Part shown: one piece after another, positions 50,131 through 57,968 of the stretch
Position numbering within the stretch: position 1 is the first letter of the stretch
Layout of the letters: every line of letters starts with the position of its first letter
Source: an uncultured Candidatus Saccharibacteria bacterium
GTDB lineage: Bacteria; Patescibacteriota; Minisyncoccia; Minisyncoccales; GWA2-38-27
DNA length: 64,000 nt
Assembly (NCBI GenBank): GCA_964609075.1
Contig: CAZSQP010000002.1
Span: forward strand, 72,235-136,234
Reading direction: 5' to 3'
Translations under genes and position numbers: made by a program
The notes under the pieces: model-generated
What the model was told of the DNA's origin: nothing
Database searches by the model: none
Seen by the model: the letters and a program-made list of their open reading frames with translations, nothing else

Positions 50131-50727
50131 ATGAAAACACAAAAAGGAATCTCAACGTTTTTCGCTATCTTAGTTGTAGGCATTATAGCTATAATGGGCT
50201 TTAGCATCCTTTATTCTTATCAGTATATATGGACCTCAGAAGAAGAAATAAATATATCTAAAACATCAAGAGATGAAACTGCTGATTGGGAAATATATAG
50301 AAATGAAGAATATGGATTTGAGGTAAAATATCCCTCTAATTTTACTAGAGAAATCGTTTCTTGTCATCAGAATGCACACATAGGCACTATTAAAGATGAA
50401 AAAGCAGTTAGAATTAAAAATGAAAGTCAGGGTATATATATCTTGATTTGTAACTTCGACGTTAAGTACGAAGAATTCCAAAGTGGCGATGTGACACAAT
50501 TGAGTAAATTTAAAAATATAAAAATTGATGACCACGACGTCTTGGTCGATGAATATATAATAAGGGGAGGAGGAAGAGCAAATTATTATGTTGATAAGAC
50601 AGATAATTCCTCGGTTTATATAGATAGTTTTTGGGCTTATCCTGAAGGTAGTTTTTCAGACGAAGATCTAAAACCTAAAGAGAGCGTTGTAAAGAGTATT
50701 ATCTCTACTTTCAAATTTACTGATTAA
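50131..50727 (+). CDS. hypothetical membrane-anchored protein, member 2 of the KGISTFFAILVVGIIA family
   Basis: MKTQKGISTFFAILVVGIIAIMGFSILYSYQYIW, then a domain bounded by WEIYRNEEYGFEVKYP and ISTFKFTD. Confidence 0.6.
   Translation: MKTQKGISTFFAILVVGIIAIMGFSILYSYQYIWTSEEEINISKTSRDETADWEIYRNEEYGFEVKYPSNFTREIVSCHQNAHIGTIKDEKAVRIKNESQGIYILICNFDVKYEEFQSGDVTQLSKFKNIKIDDHDVLVDEYIIRGGGRANYYVDKTDNSSVYIDSFWAYPEGSFSDEDLKPKESVVKSIISTFKFTD
50152..50232 (+). repeat. 81-nt conserved block, copy 2
   Basis: About 6 mismatches to the copies at 11805 and 51243. Sequence diverges completely after ...tatcagtatatatgg. Confidence 0.85.
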
Positions 50728-50762
50728 ATTGACATAAAAGAGTAGTTTGGTAAAATAAAGGT

Positions 50763-51008
50763 ATGAACAAAGCAATTCGCTACAACGTTATTTTCCGCCC
50801 AGAGCCAGAAGGAGGTTTTACTGTAATTGTTCCCAGTCTGCCTGGATGCGTCAGCTACGGCAAAGATCTAAAAGAAGCTAAAAAAATGGCAGTAGATGCC
50901 ATTAAGGCATACATTTCTTCTTTGAAAAAGCACAAAGAGCCCGTTCCTACAGATGAAGAGAATTTCTTCACTTCTGTAGAGGTTAAGAAAATTCCTTTGC
51001 ATGGCTAA
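50763..51008 (+). CDS. hicB: HicB-family antitoxin
   Basis: YNVIFRPEPEGGFTVIVPSLPGCVSYGKDLKEAKKMAVDAIKAYI. It overlaps the hicA start by 8 nt. Confidence 0.8.
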   Translation: MNKAIRYNVIFRPEPEGGFTVIVPSLPGCVSYGKDLKEAKKMAVDAIKAYISSLKKHKEPVPTDEENFFTSVEVKKIPLHG

Positions 51009-51225
51009 GCTGCCGAATATTACTTCTAAAGAACTTGTAAAAATACTAAAATCTCTTGGCTTTCAGCTAGATCATTCTACTGGAAGCCATTTTGTTTTCT
51101 ATAATCCTAAGAACAAGAGAAGAGTTGTTGTTCCTTATCATAAAAAAGACTTGCCCAAAGGAACGTTAATGAGCATTATAAGAGAAGCGGGGATTAATAA
51201 AGAAGAATTAAATAATAAGTTATGA
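51001..51225 (+). CDS. hicA: HicA-family mRNA interferase toxin
   Basis: ITSKELVKILKSLGFQLDHSTGSHFVFYNP...VVVPYHKKDLPKGTLMSIIREAGI. Confidence 0.85.
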   Translation: MAKLPNITSKELVKILKSLGFQLDHSTGSHFVFYNPKNKRRVVVPYHKKDLPKGTLMSIIREAGINKEELNNKL

Positions 51226-51497
51226 AAACACAAAAAGGAATCTCAACATTTTTCGCTATCTTAGTTGTAGGCATTATAGCTGTAATAGGCTTTACCATTC
51301 TTTATTCTTATCAGTATATTTGGACGGAAGAAGAAGTTGTTCCTAAAACAGAGATACCAGAAAAAGAAACTTCTGTGCCAGATGATTGGAAGACTTATAG
51401 AAATGAAGGGTATATGATTGAATTCCAATATCCTGATAATTGGGAAGTGTGCAGTTTAGAAGAGGTTTGTCTTAAAAGAATTAATCTTTTTAAATAG
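51222..51497 (+). CDS. member 3 of the KGISTFFAILVVGIIA family, N-terminal part (likely split gene)
   Basis: MKTQKGISTFFAILVVGIIAVIGFTILYSYQYIW ... WKTYRNEGYMIEFQYP, then a premature TAG. Its ATG overlaps the hicA stop (ATGA). Confidence 0.5.
   Translation: MKTQKGISTFFAILVVGIIAVIGFTILYSYQYIWTEEEVVPKTEIPEKETSVPDDWKTYRNEGYMIEFQYPDNWEVCSLEEVCLKRINLFK
51243..51323 (+). repeat. 81-nt conserved block, copy 3
   Basis: 1 mismatch to 11805-11885, which lies 39 kb away. Confidence 0.9.
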
Positions 51498-51526
51498 CGC
51501 CTTCAAAAGATGATCCTTATCTGTGC

Positions 51527-52117
51527 ATGTATGGAAGCTTTGAATTAAATGTTTTTACAGAAGGTTTTGCAAATCCTAAAGAGCTTAAAAAATACTATCA
51601 AGATCTTCTAGCTCAAGAAGAGAATTTAGTAATTGAAAATACGACCTTTCATAATTTGCCTGCTGTTAAAATTAGTTATTCTTCAGTAAGTGGATTGTAC
51701 GCAAGTGAAATTATAGCTTTTATAACCGAGGATTATACTTATGAAATAGAATATAATGCATTAATGAAAACAGAAAATAAGGAAGATCTAAATAAAATCC
51801 TTTCCAGTTTTGAATTTACTAACAGAGAGATTATCAATATATCTATTTGGCCTGAGGTTAATAGTTTTGATATAAGTGAAAAAAGCTTTGAAGGGAAAAT
51901 TTGGAACGACAAAGATAAAATAGAAATAATAACTACTGAGTCTACAATTTTTTACAGATCTTCCGGTCCTGATTTCGAACGAATTTATCTGACATTCTCT
52001 GAACTTTATTCAATACTCAATAATTGGGAGGGACCTCCTTGGCCCTTTAAAGTAAAAGGTTTTTTAAAAGAGGAGGGAATAATAAAAGCTACTGAAGTTT
52101 TCTATATTACCCAGTAG
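51527..52117 (+). CDS. C-terminal continuation of family member 3 (different frame) plus an extra domain
   Basis: It contains LNKILSSFEFTN, the counterpart of ISTFKFTD that ends the 50131 protein. The frame is open back to 51494. Confidence 0.5.
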   Translation: MYGSFELNVFTEGFANPKELKKYYQDLLAQEENLVIENTTFHNLPAVKISYSSVSGLYASEIIAFITEDYTYEIEYNALMKTENKEDLNKILSSFEFTNREIINISIWPEVNSFDISEKSFEGKIWNDKDKIEIITTESTIFYRSSGPDFERIYLTFSELYSILNNWEGPPWPFKVKGFLKEEGIIKATEVFYITQ

Positions 52118-52176
52118 AAAAAACTATCTAGATTAATTTTTAGTAGAAAACATATTTTACATATTTTGTTTTGCTA

Positions 52177-52205
52177 TTGACAAAACTGTAATAATTTGTT
52201 ATGAT
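52177..52205 (+). promoter_or_regulatory. consensus sigma70-type promoter for the PEP-CTERM gene
   Basis: TTGACA (52177-52182), 17 nt, TATGAT (52200-52205). A purine-rich leader of about 120 nt follows. Confidence 0.65.
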
Positions 52206-52330
52206 AGTGAAACGAGCACACTAAAAAACAAGAGACAAAAGACAGAAAGGAGGCAGAACGGAAACAGCCCTAAGAAGGTAGAAAAGAGTGATCAAACACA
52301 AGGGAGAGGGGTAAGAAAAGGAGAGATGTT

Positions 52331-52987
52331 ATGAAGCAGCTTACGATGGTTCTGGTGATGGTTCTTCTGGCGAGCCCGGTCTTCGCTGCAGGGGGGATTT
52401 GCGAGCCCTACCTGAGCGACCACACGGTTCTTCCCGGTCTGGAAGTGGACTGGTATACGACCAGCTACGACAACGGGACCACAGCAACGATCTCAGTCTG
52501 GCTCCGCCTTAAGGATCATCGATTGGATTCTTCTCAATGGTGGTTTACCGCCGATCAAGAAGATCCCAGTCGGTGGAAAGGTGCTTTTCACGCAAGCGGT
52601 GAACTGATGGACGGCGAAGAGGTTATCTTTTTCGAAGAAAGGAGTAACCGTAGCCTTATCGAAAGAAATTCGGTGAGGATGTGGAAATACCTTTCTGCGG
52701 GAAAAGGGGGAACCTCTTCGGATCCCTTCCAGAGCTTGCATGGAGACCTCGGCTTGGAGCCGGCTCGTATCACTTGGGCTAACTTCAAGTATCGGGAGGA
52801 GCCGGCCTGGTACGATGAATCGAAGACGGCGTGGAATGTCGATTTACTCTTTGATGGAATCTTTGTGGCCGACACCCACAAAGAAGCTCAGGCTCTAGGG
52901 AGTCAATTCATTACTCCTGAGCCGGCTACTTTCTGTCTCTTGGGTCTGGGTGTTGCCGGAGTTCTGTTCCGGCGGCGCAAGACCTGA
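52331..52987 (+). CDS. secreted PEP-CTERM-domain protein (G+C-rich cassette)
   Basis: Signal peptide MKQLTMVLVMVLLASPVFAAGG. C-terminus TPEPATFCLLGLGVAGVLFRRRKT has the PEP motif, a TM and a basic tail. SD aaaggagag. 38/60 G+C at 52381-52440. Confidence 0.75.
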   Translation: MKQLTMVLVMVLLASPVFAAGGICEPYLSDHTVLPGLEVDWYTTSYDNGTTATISVWLRLKDHRLDSSQWWFTADQEDPSRWKGAFHASGELMDGEEVIFFEERSNRSLIERNSVRMWKYLSAGKGGTSSDPFQSLHGDLGLEPARITWANFKYREEPAWYDESKTAWNVDLLFDGIFVADTHKEAQALGSQFITPEPATFCLLGLGVAGVLFRRRKT

Positions 52988-52993
52988 AAACTC

Positions 52994-53026
52994 AAGCCCT
53001 TCGGTTTCGACCGAGGGGCTTTTTAT
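52994..53026 (+). terminator. rho-independent terminator
   Basis: aagcccttcgg tttcga ccgaggggctt (11 bp including G-U) followed by ttttat. Confidence 0.8.
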
Positions 53027-53065
53027 ACTTAATTTTAGCTTTTAATTCTGCTATACTTAAAGTAT

Positions 53066-53833
53066 ATGATAGGAGTGTTTGATTCTGGAATAGGAGGTTT
53101 AACCGTTGTTTCTGAAATAAAAAAGCTTCTTCCAGAAGAGAAAATAATATACTTTGGTGATACAGCTCATCTCCCTTACGGTACAAAGGGAGAAAAGTTT
53201 GTTAAAGAGAGTTCTGAGAAGATAACTAAATGGCTTTTAGATAAAGGGGCTGATGTCATTGTAATAGCTTGTAATACTTCTTCTGCTTGGGCTTCTGAAT
53301 ATCTTAAAGATAAGTTTCCCAAAACTTCTTTTTTTGAAATGGTAAATCCTGTATCCAAAGATCTTTCTTCTTTTAAAAAAATAGGGGTTATTGGAACACC
53401 GGGAACAGTTGCGAGTCAGTGCTACAACAAAAAGCTTTTAGTTTCAGGAATTGATGTTTTCTCTGTCTCCTGTCCCTTATTCGTTCCTTTAGCAGAAGAG
53501 GGATGGTTGGAAGGAAAGGTGACAGAAGAGATAGCAGAAAGATATTTGAAGCCTTTAAAAGACAAAAAGATTGAATCCTTGGTTCTAGCCTGCACTCATT
53601 ATCCTTTACTGGAAAAAGCTATTAGGAAGTCTTTAGGAAGTAAGATTAAAGTAATAAACCCAGCAGAAAGCTTGGCTAGAGAACTTTCCTCTTTTTTGAA
53701 AAAGAATCCTAATCTTTCCTCTAAAAAAGGGGAAAGCAGATACTATTTTACAGACAAACCTTACAATTTTGAAAAGATAAGCAGGCTTTGTCTGGGAGAG
53801 AAAATAAAGCCTGTTTTAATAAAGCCTTTATGA
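53066..53833 (+). CDS. murI: glutamate racemase
   Basis: IGVFDSGIGGLTV, IACNTSS and LACTHYPLL. Confidence 0.9.
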   Translation: MIGVFDSGIGGLTVVSEIKKLLPEEKIIYFGDTAHLPYGTKGEKFVKESSEKITKWLLDKGADVIVIACNTSSAWASEYLKDKFPKTSFFEMVNPVSKDLSSFKKIGVIGTPGTVASQCYNKKLLVSGIDVFSVSCPLFVPLAEEGWLEGKVTEEIAERYLKPLKDKKIESLVLACTHYPLLEKAIRKSLGSKIKVINPAESLARELSSFLKKNPNLSSKKGESRYYFTDKPYNFEKISRLCLGEKIKPVLIKPL

Positions 53834-55176
53834 AACAATTTAAAGGAAAAAAAGTAGTCATCATGGGATTAGGTCTTCATGGCGGGGGAGTAGGAGCTGC
53901 TAAATTCTTTTGTAAGTCTGGAGCTGAAGTCTTGGTTACAGATTTAAAGACAAAAGAAGAACTTAAAGATTCTTTAAAAAGACTAAAAGATTTTAATATT
54001 AATTTTATTTTAGGAGAGCATAGAGAAAAAGATTTTGTTAAAGCTGACCTTGTAATTAAAAACCCTGATGTTCCAAAAAATTCTCCTTTTTTAAAAAAGG
54101 CTAAAGAGAATAATGTTTCTGTTAAAACAGATATTGAGATTTTCTTTAATCTTTTTGAGGGAGATATTATAGGGATAACAGGGACCAAAGGAAAGTCTAC
54201 TGTAGCTTCTCTTTTATCTCTTTTTTTAAAGAAAAAATATCCCAGAACGCTTTTGGGAGGGAATATAGGTATATCCCCTTTGGAGCTTCTTTTAAGGCCT
54301 AAAAAGGGAAATATAGCCGTTTTAGAGCTCTCCAGTTTCGAACTTGAAGACTTAGGCAAAAGCCCTAAAACAGCTGTTATAACAAATATTTTAAAGGATC
54401 ACTTAAAAAGACATGGGGGGTTTGATAATTATTTAAAAGCTAAAAAAGAGATCTTTTTGCATCAAAGAAAAGAAGATAATTTGGTCTTAAATTATGATGA
54501 TAAAAAGGTAAAGGATTTTTCTTCAGAAGCTGTTTCTAAGGTCTTTTACTTTTCTAAAGAAGATTCTGTCGATGGTTCTTTTTTAAAAGATAATGATATA
54601 TATTTTAAAGAAGAGAAGGTCTGTTCTCTTAATGATCTAAAAATCAAAGGAGAACATAATCTTTTAAATGTTTTAGCGGCTGTTACAGCAGCTAAAATAT
54701 ATGGTATAGATTCTAAAGATATTAGAGAAGTTATAAGATCTTTTGAGGGAATTCCTTTCCGCCAGCAGCTTATATCAGAAATAGAGGGCAAGAAGTATTA
54801 TAACGATACCACAGCCACCATACCGGAAGCTGTCATAGAAGCCTTAAATAGATTTTCAGGTGATATTATTCTCATATCAGGAGGAGTTGATAAAGGATCA
54901 GAGTATAAGGGGCTGGCTGAGAAGATAAAAGAAAGAGTTTCTTCTCTTATTCTTCTTCCTGGAACAGGAACAGATAAATTAAAAGAAGAGCTTGACAGAT
55001 TAGATTTTAAAGATGTGTATTTTGTTAAAGATATGAAAGAAGCTGTTCAAAAGAGTTCTCCTTTAAAAGGAGATATTGTTCTTCTTTCTCCCGGAGGTTC
55101 AAGCTTTAACCTTTTTAAGAATGAATTTGATAGGGGAGAGAAATTTAACCAAGAAGTTAAAGAACTGGAAAAATGA
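53830..55176 (+). CDS. murD: UDP-N-acetylmuramoylalanine--D-glutamate ligase
   Basis: VVIMGLGLHGGGVGAAKFF and GITGTKGKST. ATG 53830 overlaps the murI stop (ATGA); the ORF-track start is 53788. Confidence 0.9.
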   Translation: MKQFKGKKVVIMGLGLHGGGVGAAKFFCKSGAEVLVTDLKTKEELKDSLKRLKDFNINFILGEHREKDFVKADLVIKNPDVPKNSPFLKKAKENNVSVKTDIEIFFNLFEGDIIGITGTKGKSTVASLLSLFLKKKYPRTLLGGNIGISPLELLLRPKKGNIAVLELSSFELEDLGKSPKTAVITNILKDHLKRHGGFDNYLKAKKEIFLHQRKEDNLVLNYDDKKVKDFSSEAVSKVFYFSKEDSVDGSFLKDNDIYFKEEKVCSLNDLKIKGEHNLLNVLAAVTAAKIYGIDSKDIREVIRSFEGIPFRQQLISEIEGKKYYNDTTATIPEAVIEALNRFSGDIILISGGVDKGSEYKGLAEKIKERVSSLILLPGTGTDKLKEELDRLDFKDVYFVKDMKEAVQKSSPLKGDIVLLSPGGSSFNLFKNEFDRGEKFNQEVKELEK

Positions 55177-56276
55177 AAGCTAAAAAGATAGATCGTCTTT
55201 TTTTAGGCATTACTACATTTTTAATTCTGACGGGTATTGGTATTTTAGCCAGTGTTTCAGCTATAATTTCTCAAGAGAGAACGGGAGAACCTACTTATTA
55301 CCTTTTTCATCAGTTGATATGGGGGTTTTTAATAGGAGTCATTTTAGGATTTATAGTTTACAGAGTAGGTCTTGATTTTTTTAAAAGAAAGAGCTTAATC
55401 TTTGTTTTGGTAATTTTGGCTTTTATGGCTCTAGTCTTTATACCTCAGTTAAGCATTAAAGCCGGAGGAGCTCCCAGATGGGTTAATCTGGGTTTTGTTA
55501 CTTTTCAGCCTTCTGAATTTTTAAAACTTGCCTTTATTATCTATCTTGCTGCATGGCTAGAAAAGAGGACAGAGTCTAAAAGAAAGAAAAACTGGAAGTT
55601 TACTTTAATGCCTTTTCTGGTTATTCTAGGTCTTCTTACTTTTCTTTTGATTATGCAGTCAGATCTTAGTACTTTAGGTGTAATCTTTATTGTAGCTCTA
55701 CTGATGTATTTTTCCTCAGGTACTCCTCTCTGGCACAGTATCTTAATATTTCTTTTGGGAGCCGGTGCTTCTTTTATAGCTGTGAAACTTGTTCCTTACA
55801 GAATGAGAAGAGTACTTGTTTTTTTAAACCCTAACCTAGATCCTATGGGAATGGGATATCAGATAAAGCAGGCTCTTATAGCTGTGGGTTCTGGAGGTAT
55901 TTTCGGAGTAGGTCTGGGTATGTCTCTTCAAAAAATGGGTTATTTGCCTCAAGCTATGTCAGACTCTATTTTTGCTATCTTTGCAGAGGAAGCAGGTTTA
56001 ATAGGGTCTGCTTTTTTAATCTTTTTGTTTCTTATTTTCTTATGGCGCGGGCTTAAGATAGCCAAAAAATGCGAGGACAAGTTTCCAAAGCTAGCTGTTC
56101 TAGGAATTGTATCCTGGATATGCATTCAGGCCTTTATTAATATTGGGGCTATGATAGGAGTTTTCCCTCTTACCGGTATTCCTCTTCCTTTTGTAAGTTA
56201 TGGGGGATCTCATATCGTAGCAGAGCTCATAGGTATAGGTATTATTCTTAATGTTTCTAGAAATAATAAAAAGTGA
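55173..56276 (+). CDS. ftsW: SEDS-family peptidoglycan polymerase / lipid II flippase FtsW
   Basis: A 10-TM profile with FQPSEFLK, DLSTLGV and GIPLPFVSYGGS. Confidence 0.9.
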   Translation: MKAKKIDRLFLGITTFLILTGIGILASVSAIISQERTGEPTYYLFHQLIWGFLIGVILGFIVYRVGLDFFKRKSLIFVLVILAFMALVFIPQLSIKAGGAPRWVNLGFVTFQPSEFLKLAFIIYLAAWLEKRTESKRKKNWKFTLMPFLVILGLLTFLLIMQSDLSTLGVIFIVALLMYFSSGTPLWHSILIFLLGAGASFIAVKLVPYRMRRVLVFLNPNLDPMGMGYQIKQALIAVGSGGIFGVGLGMSLQKMGYLPQAMSDSIFAIFAEEAGLIGSAFLIFLFLIFLWRGLKIAKKCEDKFPKLAVLGIVSWICIQAFINIGAMIGVFPLTGIPLPFVSYGGSHIVAELIGIGIILNVSRNNKK

Positions 56277-56290
56277 TAGAATGAGATAAT

Positions 56291-57412
56291 ATGAAGATTG
56301 TTTTAACAGGAGGAGGTACTGCAGGCCATATTATTCCTCTGGTTTCTGTAGTTAGAGAAATTAAAAAAAACCATCCTCAAAAAAGAATTGATTTTTATTA
56401 TATAGGTCCCAAGGACGATTTTGCTTTGAGCCTTCTTTCCAAAGAAGGGGTTGAGATAAAGACTGTTTTTGCCGGGAAGATAAGGAGATACTTTTCTTTC
56501 AAGAATATAGTTGATATTCTCTTTAAGCTTCCCATAGGCGTTCTTCAATCCTTCTTCCATATCTTTATAATTTCCCCAGACCTTATCTTTAGTAAGGGAG
56601 GATATGGATCCATTCCGATTGTTTTAACAGGCAAGATTCTTTTGACTCCCATATTCTTGCATGAGTCTGATGTAGTTCCCGGTTTGGCGAACAGAATTGC
56701 GGGTAGACTTTCTTTAGAAATATTTACAGCTTTTCCTGCAGAAAAGACAAGTGATTTTCCTGCAAAAAAAATGCTTTCTGTAGGAAACCCTATCAGAAAA
56801 GAACTCTTGGAAAAGTGTAGCAAAGACACAGCAAAGAGAGTATTCCAGCTTACAGGAGAAAAGCCCGTTATACTTGTCTTGGGGGGTTCTCAAGGAGCTC
56901 AGAGAATAAATGACAAGATATTGATTGTTCTCTCAGAGCTTTTAAAGGATTTTGAAGTAATTCATCAAACAGGAGATAATAATTTTGAACAAGTTAAAGC
57001 TGAATCAGAAGTAGTTACAAGAGAAAAGATCAGGAAATACTATCACCCCTTTCCTTTTTTAAGCGAGAAGGAATTATCATGCGCTTATCATAATTCAGAT
57101 CTTGTTATTTCCAGAGCCGGAGCTGGAACTATTTTTGAGTTAGCAGCTCTTAGAAAACCAAGTATCCTGGTTCCTCTTGAGGGTTCTGCTCAAAATCATC
57201 AAGTAAGGAATGCTTATGCTTTTTCAGAAAATGGAGCTGCAATCGTTATAGAAGAAGAGAATTTTACACCCCACTTCCTTTTAGAGAAAGTAAAGAATCT
57301 CTTTTCTTCAGAAAAGAAACTGCAAGATATGTCTAAAAAAGCTGGAGATGCTTCAAAACCTGACGCAGCTACTATAATAGCAGAGTATATAGTTAGTTAT
57401 TTAACTCAATAA
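56291..57412 (+). CDS. murG: undecaprenyldiphospho-muramoylpentapeptide beta-N-acetylglucosaminyltransferase
   Basis: LTGGGTAGHIIPL, GGSQGAQ and ISRAGAGTIFELA. Confidence 0.9.
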   Translation: MKIVLTGGGTAGHIIPLVSVVREIKKNHPQKRIDFYYIGPKDDFALSLLSKEGVEIKTVFAGKIRRYFSFKNIVDILFKLPIGVLQSFFHIFIISPDLIFSKGGYGSIPIVLTGKILLTPIFLHESDVVPGLANRIAGRLSLEIFTAFPAEKTSDFPAKKMLSVGNPIRKELLEKCSKDTAKRVFQLTGEKPVILVLGGSQGAQRINDKILIVLSELLKDFEVIHQTGDNNFEQVKAESEVVTREKIRKYYHPFPFLSEKELSCAYHNSDLVISRAGAGTIFELAALRKPSILVPLEGSAQNHQVRNAYAFSENGAAIVIEEENFTPHFLLEKVKNLFSSEKKLQDMSKKAGDASKPDAATIIAEYIVSYLTQ

Positions 57413-57476
57413 GATATTGCTTTATTTTGAAAAGAAGGTATAAAAGAAATTGGTTCTTTAGAAAAAGGAGATACCA

Positions 57477-57914
57477 ATGACCCAAGAAAAGAAAGACTTG
57501 TGGGAGGAGCTTCTTTTGACTTCCCCGACAAACGATGAACTTTGCCGTATTATAATATCAGTTCCAGATTTAGTGGAGGAAGCTTGGAGTAAGTTGCTTG
57601 TCCAGAGACCAAGAACAGAAGACCTTCTTTTTATTATGGATCATGCTGGTCCAGATTTTACTGAAAGGGCATGGAGATTTTTCCGCCGAAAGATCATAGC
57701 TAGGCTTGTTGATCATTCGGCTTTAAGGCGTATTACGACCTTTCCTCCTGCTCATAGAGCCGAGGTTGCCGCTTTAATTCTTAAAGATAATCCCAATTCT
57801 GATGACTTGCAGGTTATTGAAAATTGTTTTCCTGATCTTAGAGAAGAAGCTAAGAAACATCGGGCTAAAAGAGGGAAAGCTAGCAAGATTATCTCCGAGA
57901 TGCTAAAAAGATAG
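57477..57914 (+). CDS. hypothetical protein built from three repeats of about 35 aa
   Basis: LLLTSPTNDELCRIIISVPDLVEEAWSKLL / LLVQRPRTEDLLFIMDHAGPDFTERAWRFF / LILKDNPNSDDLQVIENCFPDLREEAKKHR. SD aaaggag. A terminator follows. Confidence 0.55.
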   Translation: MTQEKKDLWEELLLTSPTNDELCRIIISVPDLVEEAWSKLLVQRPRTEDLLFIMDHAGPDFTERAWRFFRRKIIARLVDHSALRRITTFPPAHRAEVAALILKDNPNSDDLQVIENCFPDLREEAKKHRAKRGKASKIISEMLKR

Positions 57915-57915
57915 A

Positions 57916-57950
57916 AAAATGCCTGTCCTCTAATTTGGACAGGTTTTTAT
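57916..57950 (+). terminator. rho-independent terminator
   Basis: cctgtcc (57922-28) pairs with ggacagg (57937-43), followed by tttttatttt. Confidence 0.8.
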
Positions 57951-57968
57951 TTTAATGTAAGATATGAT

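Noticed and set aside
51488-51497. A programmed -1 ribosomal frameshift joining 51222-51497 to 51527-52117
   Set aside because: The zero-frame codons (ctt ttt aaa tag) do not form an X XXY YYZ slippery heptamer in the required register, and I saw no obvious downstream stimulatory structure. A simple indel or pseudogene is more parsimonious.
53877-54359. A 160-aa minus-strand ORF, plus similar antisense ORFs (15330-15650, 17249-17665, 10755-11078, 8839-9213, 38599-39033)
   Set aside because: They lie entirely antisense to, or overlapping, well-supported genes (murD, recR, dnaB/cysS, the exchanger, the ATPase, efp). Their products are low-complexity Ser/Phe/Leu-rich sequences typical of AT-rich antisense frames.
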